Made by a program: the position numbers and the translations under genes. From contig CAXWPJ010000006.1 of assembly GCA_963664115.2 (NCBI GenBank), positions 160,001 to 224,000 on the forward strand: 64,000 nucleotides of DNA. The letters are read 5' to 3'. Shown here piece after piece: positions 28,140 to 35,751 of this stretch (its first letter is position 1; every line of letters begins with the position of its first letter). The notes under the pieces were generated by a model. That model was not told where the DNA came from and searched no databases. It saw nothing but the letters and a program-made list of their open reading frames with translations. The DNA is from Terriglobia bacterium. Lineage in GTDB: Bacteria > Acidobacteriota > Terriglobia > 20CM-2-55-15.

Positions 28140-29195
28140 ATGGCCGAGACTATTCAGTTAGATAAAATCGCATCAGTGGTGAGTCGCGTCGGCTTGCCCC
28201 GAACTGTATCGATTACTTCCAAGCTCGAGTCGACTTCCGGAAACGCGATCGTAGTTCGCGTTTTGCCCGACGGTAGGGCCAGACAAGAACTCGAACTGTC
28301 GGACGGCCGAATGATCCGAATGTTCGGCGATGATGTTATCGTCGGCGCCCTTGGACGCCGCCGGGCGCTGAGGGGACACGTGGGCGACGTCCCGTCGAGC
28401 GTGAGAGTTGGAGACCGGTTGGCCATATTGAACCGCGGGGGCGTGGTGGGTACTTCGGCCTCCTCCGATCCGGAGCCGGAAGGCCCGCTGGCATGCGAAG
28501 TTCTGGGAATGCCCATCATCGACGGACGGATTCCCAACATTCGCGACAATGCCATCAAGAACGTATCAAGTCTTGTCGGGATGGCTATCCCTCCGATCGT
28601 GATCGTATCCGGCACCTCGATGGCGAGCGGGAAAACGAGTTTGCTGACGGAACTGGTTCAGGTTTTGTCTAAAAAAGGCATTCGTGTGGCCGCGGGCAAG
28701 CTGACCGGAGTTGCATGTTTGAGAGATCTGCTGTCAATGGAAGATAACGGCGCTGTCGAGACCGCTTCGTTCCTGGATGCGGGTTACCCATCGACGGCGG
28801 GTCTGGAAGCGGCGGTCCTGATCGATACCGCGAAGGCCGTGATCGCCGAGCTGGCGGCGGGCAACCCCGAGGTCATGCTTCTGGAATTGGGCGATGGTAT
28901 CGTGGGCGATTACGGTGTGATCGATGTCCTGGTTGATCCTGAGATTCGTGATGTCGTTCATGTGCACGCATTTTGTGCGAATGACCTGGCCGGTGCGTGG
29001 GGAGGTCTTCGATTTGCCCAGGAGCATGGACTCGATATCGATCTGTTTGCGGGGCCTGCGACAGACAACCTTGTGGGTGTCGAATACCTGGAGTCGGAGT
29101 TCAACCGTCCCGCGATCAACGCTTGTAAACATCCCGCCCGAATGGCGGAAGTCGTTTTGACTCTCCTGAAGCTGAAGAAGCGCAAGGTTTCCTGA
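28140..29195 (+). CDS. DUF1611/DgcN-like P-loop protein of unknown function inside the arg cluster
   Basis: GTSMASGKT, AAGKLTGVACLRD, FLDAGYPST and LELGDGI, preceded by an N-terminal beta domain (IVGALGRRRA). Confidence 0.7.
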   Translation: MAETIQLDKIASVVSRVGLPRTVSITSKLESTSGNAIVVRVLPDGRARQELELSDGRMIRMFGDDVIVGALGRRRALRGHVGDVPSSVRVGDRLAILNRGGVVGTSASSDPEPEGPLACEVLGMPIIDGRIPNIRDNAIKNVSSLVGMAIPPIVIVSGTSMASGKTSLLTELVQVLSKKGIRVAAGKLTGVACLRDLLSMEDNGAVETASFLDAGYPSTAGLEAAVLIDTAKAVIAELAAGNPEVMLLELGDGIVGDYGVIDVLVDPEIRDVVHVHAFCANDLAGAWGGLRFAQEHGLDIDLFAGPATDNLVGVEYLESEFNRPAINACKHPARMAEVVLTLLKLKKRKVS

Positions 29196-29236
29196 TTTGT
29201 CGGTTCTGGTGTCTTCGGTCTAACGTCCACGAGCTG

Positions 29237-29342
29237 AGATTTCGCTCGGTCGTTGATGCGGTTCTTTAAACAAACCCGCAGCGTTCCTCGCTGCGGGTGG
29301 ACAACGAGGCGGTCGCCGAGGCGTCAGAGTAAATAGGATGAT
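29237..29342 (+). repeat. Structured repeat, copy B (internally deleted)
   Basis: agatttcgctcggtcgtt is joined directly to gatgcggttc...aaacccgcagcgttcctcgctgcgggtggacaacgaggcggtcgccgaggcgtcagagtaa; nearly identical to blocks of copy C. Confidence 0.85.
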
Positions 29343-29425
29343 CGGATGGGAAGAGAACAGCGTTGTGAAGCACCGATCTTCTCACCGACGGCTCTAACGA
29401 CCCGTCAACCGTTCCAAGAAACAAC

Positions 29426-30472
29426 ATGGCTAAGGCTAGGGACAATATCGGTGTCGGCGTTCTCGGTGCCTCAGGATACATAGGTGCGGAGTTGATGCGC
29501 TATGTTGCGCTGCATCCTCGTCTGTCGCTTCGATGGGCAACGGCCAACCGGGACGCGGGTCGGCCCGTTGGCGACGTGTTTCCGAACCTCCAGGGCTTCG
29601 TGAATCAAAGTTTTCTTAAGGCGGAAGAGGTCGAGACCCGGTTTGGCGAAGTCGCAGCCGTATTCCTGGCTCTCCCGCACCATGAATCCCAGGAAGTCTT
29701 ACCTTCACTGGTAGATGCTTATCCGGAAACGGTTTTCATCGATCTTGCAGGAGATTTCCGGACTCCCGATGCTGAAGGTTATCGCCGCTATTACGGACGT
29801 GATCATCAGGCTCCTGAATTGTTGGAGCGTTTTGTCTATGGCTTTACCGAGGTTCAGCGCAAAGCGCTGGCGGGTGCGCGCCTGATCGCCAATCCGGGTT
29901 GTTTCGCAACTGGAATGCTTCTGCTCTTGTATCCCCTGGCCCAAAGCGGTCTCTTGTCGGAACCCGTGTGTCTGACCGGTATCACGGGATCTTCCGGTTC
30001 CGGGCGTCAAGCTATCACGACGACCCATCACCCGGAACGTGCGCAGAACGTCCGGGCTTACAGGTCGCTGGTGCACCAGCATCTACTGGAAGTCGAGTGG
30101 TTTCTCAACAGAGGTTCCGGACCGGACATCCGACTCCAGTTCGTGTCACAGTCGGCCCCGATCGTGCGTGGAATATTCACAACACTGTTTCTGCCAGCTC
30201 AGGAAGCCGCTGCGGTACGCGAGGTGTATGAGGGGTTTTACGGCGCCGAGGCCCTCATCGACGTCGTTGAGGGGTCGCCCGATCTAAGGTCCGTACAGAC
30301 GACGCCCCGGTCTGTCGTCGGAGTCGATGGCGCAGCCGGGAGAGGTGCAGTTGTCTTCTCGACGATCGACAACCTGGGCAAGGGTGCGGCCGGCCAGGCT
30401 ATACAGAATCTCAACTGCGCACTCGGGCTTGGCGAAACGGAGGGTTTGGATTGGCCAGGAGGTTTTGTTTGA
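29426..30472 (+). CDS. argC: N-acetyl(acyl)-gamma-glutamyl-phosphate reductase
   Basis: GASGYIGAEL, IDLAGDFR, IANPGCFAT and IDNLGKGAAGQAIQN. Confidence 0.95.
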   Translation: MAKARDNIGVGVLGASGYIGAELMRYVALHPRLSLRWATANRDAGRPVGDVFPNLQGFVNQSFLKAEEVETRFGEVAAVFLALPHHESQEVLPSLVDAYPETVFIDLAGDFRTPDAEGYRRYYGRDHQAPELLERFVYGFTEVQRKALAGARLIANPGCFATGMLLLLYPLAQSGLLSEPVCLTGITGSSGSGRQAITTTHHPERAQNVRAYRSLVHQHLLEVEWFLNRGSGPDIRLQFVSQSAPIVRGIFTTLFLPAQEAAAVREVYEGFYGAEALIDVVEGSPDLRSVQTTPRSVVGVDGAAGRGAVVFSTIDNLGKGAAGQAIQNLNCALGLGETEGLDWPGGFV

Positions 30473-31647
30473 AGAACGCGCAGTCCATCCCCCAATTGGA
30501 AGACGCCTATACCTTGCCGGTCTATAGCAACATACGCTTGCCCTTGACGATCGTGAAAGGCAAGGGCAACTGCGTCTACGATGACGATGGAAACGAATAT
30601 CTCGATTTGTATGGCGGACACGCGGTCTGCAGCATCGGTCACTCGCATCCAGACTGGGTTCACGACATGCAGCGACAGATTGAGACGCTGACGTTCTATT
30701 CCAACGCAGTGTACAACCCGGTGCGTGCTGAGGCTGCGGAGGTGCTGGTCACACACAGCTACCCGTCCATGCACTCGGTCTTTTTCTGTAATTCGGGTGC
30801 CGAGGCTAACGAGACGGCGATGAAGATTGCACGGAAGGCAACCGGCCGCGGGCTAGTCGTGTCAATGCAGCGTGGGTTCCACGGCAGAACGATCGGGGCA
30901 CTGAGCGCGACGGGCTTCCCGGCGATGCGTGAGCGTTTTCCGGAAAATATCGAAGCCTGGAGTCGGTTCTTCGAGTTTGGCTCGGCGGACATTTTCGATA
31001 TGGAAGATCCCGACGAGGTCTCAGCGATTATTGTAGAGCCCATTCAGAGTGTGGCCGGAGTGTACATGGCGGAGCCGGACTACTACCGGCGATTGAGAGA
31101 GTTCTCGAGCGACCATGGGATCTGCCTCATTTTCGATGAGGTGCAGACTGGATCGGGACGAACAGGCGCGTGGTATGCAGGCACGCACTGGGGCGTGGAG
31201 CCAGACATCGTCACCACAGCCAAAGGTGTTGCAGGTGGCATGCCGGCCGGCGTTGTCATCGCAAATGAGTTTGTGGCCGGGACCGTCGAGCCCGGTGATC
31301 AGGCGACTACGTTCGGAGGCAATCCACTGGCGGCGGCGGCGATATGTGCGACGTACCGGGTAATCGAGAAAGGCAAACTTGTCGATCGGGTCCGGGACCA
31401 TTCGTCCCAGGTCATTTCGCGACTGCTGGAGCTCGAGGCTGTCCGTGAGGTCCGGGGCTTGGGATATTTGCTCGGTGTCGAGTGTTCCGTGTCTGCGAAA
31501 GAGCTGTCGGGCCGTTTGCTCAAGGAGCGGATTCTGGTGGGCACGTGCGCCCAGGGGGAAACCATCCGCTTGCTGCCTCCGTTGACCATGAACATGGATG
31601 AATGGGAACACTTTCTGGAAGTATTTGGGAAGGTGGTTAAGGGTTGA
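30469..31647 (+). CDS. argD: Acetyl(acyl)ornithine aminotransferase (class III PLP enzyme)
   Basis: FFCNSGAEANE, FHGRT, IFDEVQTG and DIVTTAKG; probable TTG start overlapping the argC stop. Confidence 0.9.
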   Translation: MKNAQSIPQLEDAYTLPVYSNIRLPLTIVKGKGNCVYDDDGNEYLDLYGGHAVCSIGHSHPDWVHDMQRQIETLTFYSNAVYNPVRAEAAEVLVTHSYPSMHSVFFCNSGAEANETAMKIARKATGRGLVVSMQRGFHGRTIGALSATGFPAMRERFPENIEAWSRFFEFGSADIFDMEDPDEVSAIIVEPIQSVAGVYMAEPDYYRRLREFSSDHGICLIFDEVQTGSGRTGAWYAGTHWGVEPDIVTTAKGVAGGMPAGVVIANEFVAGTVEPGDQATTFGGNPLAAAAICATYRVIEKGKLVDRVRDHSSQVISRLLELEAVREVRGLGYLLGVECSVSAKELSGRLLKERILVGTCAQGETIRLLPPLTMNMDEWEHFLEVFGKVVKG

Positions 31648-31729
31648 GAGGGAGTTAGTAGTTGTGAGTACCGATTCTCAGCTCATGACCTTGCCCTCTA
31701 ACTGGTGCCCTTGGGTGAAACATCGCGAC

Positions 31730-31939
31730 AGAAGATTTCGCTCGGTCGTTCAACCGGCCGACCATCTCTGTCGCGATTCACGCGTGGGCCGAACGAGGGG
31801 CGACCCTCACCATCATCCTGATGGCGAGGCTTATTGGGGACAAAGAAACGTTGATGCAGTTCCCCAACAAAACCCGCAGCGTTCCTCGCTGCGAATGGAC
31901 AACGAGGCGGTAGCCGAGGCGTCAGAGTAATAGGATGAT
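31730..31939 (+). repeat. Structured repeat, copy C (full length)
   Basis: Shares ordered blocks agaagatttcgctcg, gaacga, cgaccctc...tcctga...gaggc, cccgca...tgcg, tggaca and gaggcgg...gccgaggcgtcag with 23765-23953 on the minus strand. Confidence 0.85.
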
Positions 31940-32006
31940 TTGTTCGGATCCGAACGAAACTTTGAATCAACGAACTTCTAATCCAACTATCTAGCAACTT
32001 CACGCC

Positions 32007-33005
32007 ATGAACCACTTTTACAATCTCGCCGACCTTTCCGTAGAAGCCGTCGAATCCCTTCTCGACGATGCGGCCCAATTCAAAAAGCAGCCCTTAGGAA
32101 AGGATCTGGACGGTCTCCAGTTTGCGCTCCTGTTCCTCGCCCCCTCACTCCGGACACGCTGTTCTTTTGAAGTCGGCATACGCCAGTTGGGTGGAGGTGT
32201 GTCGACGCTGGAACCTTCCATGTTCTATGGGCTCGAGACGCGCGATGGAGTGCGGATGGACGGAGATAGTGCGGAGCACATCAAGGAGGCTGTGCCCGTC
32301 CTTTCTGGGTTTTACTCCGGTCTGGGTCTGAGAGTGATGGCGGCAGGGAAGTCTGCCGATGAGGATTTGGGTGATCGGATGTTCGAGGCGTTTCGGAGAC
32401 ACGCGAAAGTCCCGGTCTTCAACATGGAGTCGGCACTTTACCATCCATGCCAGGCGCTGGCGGACATGCTCACCATTCGCGAACTCCTGGGATCTCACAA
32501 GGGGCGCCGCCTGACACTGACCTGGGCGCCGCACCCACGCCCTCTACCCACGGCAGTTCCCAATTCGCTCCTTCTGGCTGCCGCACAGTTGGGGATGGAC
32601 GTGACCGTCACCCATCCGGAGGGTTTTGATCTGCCTGAATCGATCACGACGAAAGCGGCCGAACTGTCGCAGGCTGCGGGTGGACGGATACGCACCTCAC
32701 ATGACCAGAAAGCCGCTTTCAAAGACGCGGAGATCGTTTACGCGAAGTCCTGGGGCGCGCTGTCCCGATACGATTCTGCTGATGGGGAACAGGAATTGAG
32801 ACAGTCCCATTCCAAGTGGACGGTCGACGGGGCTCTGATGAACGATTCTGCGAACGCCTACTTCATGCATTGTCTGCCCGTCCGGCGCAACGTCGTTGTG
32901 ACGGATGAAGTGATCGACCATCCACGGTCCGCCGTCCTCGGGCAGGCAGAAAACCGGCTTCACGCCCAGAAAGCAGTCCTCAAATCGCTTTACGCCGGCC
33001 AGTAA
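32007..33005 (+). CDS. argF: N-acyl-ornithine carbamoyltransferase (ArgF', AOTCase/SOTCase family)
   Basis: SLRT carbamoyl-phosphate motif, MDGDSAEHIKE, HPCQALAD, proline-rich TWAPHPRPLP loop, YAKSW and HCLPVRRNV; no SMG loop as in canonical OTCase. Confidence 0.9.
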   Translation: MNHFYNLADLSVEAVESLLDDAAQFKKQPLGKDLDGLQFALLFLAPSLRTRCSFEVGIRQLGGGVSTLEPSMFYGLETRDGVRMDGDSAEHIKEAVPVLSGFYSGLGLRVMAAGKSADEDLGDRMFEAFRRHAKVPVFNMESALYHPCQALADMLTIRELLGSHKGRRLTLTWAPHPRPLPTAVPNSLLLAAAQLGMDVTVTHPEGFDLPESITTKAAELSQAAGGRIRTSHDQKAAFKDAEIVYAKSWGALSRYDSADGEQELRQSHSKWTVDGALMNDSANAYFMHCLPVRRNVVVTDEVIDHPRSAVLGQAENRLHAQKAVLKSLYAGQ

Positions 33006-33148
33006 TCATCGAAATTCTAGTCCGACAAGCTCAGAGAAACTCTGTTTCCCGCCTGCGCTTCACATTTGTTCTGTCTATCAAGTTTATTGCTTTCTTCAAG
33101 TTCATGGATGGCACTCCCCTTGCATAGAGAGAGGGCAGGAGGTGCAAC

Positions 33149-33373
33149 ATGGCGCAACAGGGAACATCACAGGTGAGAACGAGAACATTCATGGACGTAT
33201 CGACCGCAGCCCGTTTGGCAGGCTTTTCTATTCGCCATTTCCGCAGAATCATTGAGGAAGACGAGATTCCGATCATGCAGGTCGGCCGTAAGTTCTTCAT
33301 TGTCGCATCGAATTTTGAGGCCTGGAAGGCGAGCCAGGGGCAGAAACGAGTCGGAACCTGTCTACAAAATTGA
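33149..33373 (+). CDS. Small excisionase-like helix-turn-helix DNA-binding protein
   Basis: 74 aa; MDVSTAARLAGFSIRHFRRII...IPIMQVGRKFFI; AGGAGG RBS. Confidence 0.7.
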   Translation: MAQQGTSQVRTRTFMDVSTAARLAGFSIRHFRRIIEEDEIPIMQVGRKFFIVASNFEAWKASQGQKRVGTCLQN

Positions 33374-33506
33374 TGGACTCCTACGTAGTTTGTCTACAAA
33401 GTTGACAGGTCGGAGTGTTCCACTCCGGAAATCCGGATGAGAGTCGGACACGGCAACGTTTGAACTTCTGGGCTTGGTTTCCGACGACGGGACAGTCTTT
33501 CGAGAA

Positions 33507-34307
33507 TCATATGTCGATTGTGCCCTCGAGGTAGCAGACGGCATTGCCGGCGATGGACACGCGGTTCTCGAGCAGCTCGCAGAATAGCTCCCCGCCTCTT
33601 GCCGACACTTGCTGGGCGTGGAGGCTTTCCTTCCCCAATCGGCCAGCCCAGTACGGCGCCAGAACGCAATGAGTAGAGCCGGTCACAGGATCTTCATCGA
33701 TACCAAAGCTCGGGGCGAAACATCGGGATACGAAATCCGCCTTCTCCCCCGGGGCCGTGACGATGACGATCATCGGGCCGAGTTGAGCCAACATAGAGAA
33801 ATCTGGAACGAGCCTGCGGACCTCTTCTTCGGATTGAAACACGGCAAGGTAATAGCCTGAGCCTTCGGTTTCTCCAAACGCCAGAAATTGTTCCGTTGTC
33901 CGGCCGAGGCCGTGCACAAGCTCAGATGGCGGCGTGAGGCAGCGTTCAGGCGTGCGCATGGGGAAATTCATGGCGAGCAGGTCATCCCGCCGTTCCACCG
34001 TCAGCGGGCCGCTTCGGGTACTGAAACGGATTGTTTCGGGCGCGTCTTCGAGGTAGTTGAAGATAACGTAGCCCGAGGCCAGGGTCGCATGACCGCAGAG
34101 TTCGACTTCCGTCGTTGGTGTGAACCACCGGAGGTCGTAACCTTCCTTCGTGGGTACGAAGAACGCCGTTTCCGACAGGTTGTTTTCCCTGGCAATCGCC
34201 TGCATCCGGCTCGCCTCCAGCCAGTCCTCAAGTGGACAGACCGCTGCGGGGTTTCCAGCAAATACATCTGTGGTGAATGCGTCGATCTGGAAGATGCGAA
34301 GCTTCAA
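33507..34307 (-). CDS. PhzF-family epimerase-like protein
   Basis: DAFT...GNPAAV, ENNLSETAF, EVELCGHATLA and EDPVTGS. Confidence 0.92.
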   Translation of the reverse strand: MKLRIFQIDAFTTDVFAGNPAAVCPLEDWLEASRMQAIARENNLSETAFFVPTKEGYDLRWFTPTTEVELCGHATLASGYVIFNYLEDAPETIRFSTRSGPLTVERRDDLLAMNFPMRTPERCLTPPSELVHGLGRTTEQFLAFGETEGSGYYLAVFQSEEEVRRLVPDFSMLAQLGPMIVIVTAPGEKADFVSRCFAPSFGIDEDPVTGSTHCVLAPYWAGRLGKESLHAQQVSARGGELFCELLENRVSIAGNAVCYLEGTIDI

Positions 34308-34390
34308 AGTGTCCTGCCTTTTGGTTCAAAAAAATCGACAGGGGTCCGAACTCTTTCGATCCGCTTCAAAATGATTCAGCAGGATCTAGC

Positions 34391-35749
34391 TTACTCCGGC
34401 CGGAGTACGTCGGTTCGCATCATTGACTGCAGAACGGCTGGAACCTTCACCGACCCGTCTTCCTGCTGGTAGTTGTCGAGGATGGCGATCAACATGCGAC
34501 CCATGGCGCAGCCGGTATCGTTTACCGTGTGACAGTAATGGAGATTGCCGTCTGTCCCACGATAGCGGATATTGAGGCGTCGGGACTGGTATTCCGATGC
34601 GTTCGTGTCGGTCATGACCTCCATGAACTCCCTGGATCCGGACATCCAGACCTCCACGTCCCGTTGCCGGTAGCTGGCCAAATAACCGGCATCACCGGTG
34701 CACTTGTCGACGATGCGATAGGGTAGTTCCAACTGCTGCATCAGCCACTGGTTGATTTGTCCGAACTCTTCGTAAATCTGTCCCGAGTGTTCCGGTGTGC
34801 ATACCGCATTCAATTCGATTTTGTCGAACTGATGTACGCGTTTGATGCCCTTGACATCTTTGCCCCATGAGCCGGCCTCTGAACGAAAACAGGGAGTCGC
34901 CGCGAAGACCTTTCTTGGCAGAGCGTCTTCTTCCAGCGTCCGGTCCATGAAGTAACTGAAATTGGCCGGCTCGGAAGAGCCCACGAGAAAGAGCGGAAAG
35001 GGCTCTTCGACGTTGTCCGTCTTGATTTCGTAAACCTGATCGCGGCCCTCGGGGAATTGTGACGTGCCATACAGGGAACGTTCCCGCACCAGAAGCGGTG
35101 GCACGATCGGTTGATAGCTCCGATTGAGCAGTTCGTCGGTCAGGAGCCGATGAATCGCCATTTGCAGGACGGCAATGTCTCCCAGTATGTATGCGAAACG
35201 CGAGCCCGAGACTTTCCCGCCCTGGAGCGTATCGACCCCACCGAGTCTTTCGCCCAACTCCGTGTAGTGCATGGGCTTGAACGAGTTTTTACCACCGTGA
35301 ACGGGTGTTTGTGGCATGAACTCCGCGGAGTGATTTGCCCTTCCCAACTGCTTTGGATCGAGGTAGCCCTGCCCGGGAATCCACCCGCACTCCTCGACGT
35401 TGTCGTCTTCGCCCGCACCTTCCGGCATTTCGGGATCGATCCAGTTGGGAAACCATTCCATGCACGCAGTCCATTGAGTCGTGATCTCGGTGAACTGCGA
35501 TTCCAGATTCCTGGATTGTTCGCGCAACTCCTGTCCCCGGGCCCGTGCCGCGGTCGGATCGGTCTTGCCCAGCGACGCGATTTTCTTCTTCTCCGCGTTC
35601 AGCTTGTCGATTTCGGTCTGGAGTGCCCGGCGCTTTGTGTCGAGTTCCAGCCAGCGGTCGACATCGGCGTTGGTCGGGTCGACCTTTCGCAGGCGAATGA
35701 TTTCCTTGAGTCGGTCGGGATTCGAGCGCACTTGTTTGGGATCTATCAT
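34391..35749 (-). CDS. serS: Seryl-tRNA synthetase
   Basis: N-terminal coiled coil; CFRSEAGSWGKDVKGIKRVHQFDKIE, YQSRRLNIRY and HTVNDTGCAMGR. Confidence 0.92.
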   Translation of the reverse strand: MIDPKQVRSNPDRLKEIIRLRKVDPTNADVDRWLELDTKRRALQTEIDKLNAEKKKIASLGKTDPTAARARGQELREQSRNLESQFTEITTQWTACMEWFPNWIDPEMPEGAGEDDNVEECGWIPGQGYLDPKQLGRANHSAEFMPQTPVHGGKNSFKPMHYTELGERLGGVDTLQGGKVSGSRFAYILGDIAVLQMAIHRLLTDELLNRSYQPIVPPLLVRERSLYGTSQFPEGRDQVYEIKTDNVEEPFPLFLVGSSEPANFSYFMDRTLEEDALPRKVFAATPCFRSEAGSWGKDVKGIKRVHQFDKIELNAVCTPEHSGQIYEEFGQINQWLMQQLELPYRIVDKCTGDAGYLASYRQRDVEVWMSGSREFMEVMTDTNASEYQSRRLNIRYRGTDGNLHYCHTVNDTGCAMGRMLIAILDNYQQEDGSVKVPAVLQSMMRTDVLRPE

Positions 35750-35751
35750 TC

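Noticed and set aside
29290-29310. gggtggacaacg as a T-box antiterminator upstream of argC
   Set aside because: It lacks the UGGNACC bulge, a following terminator and a specifier stem; the same block occurs downstream of argR, and the cluster already has ArgR boxes.
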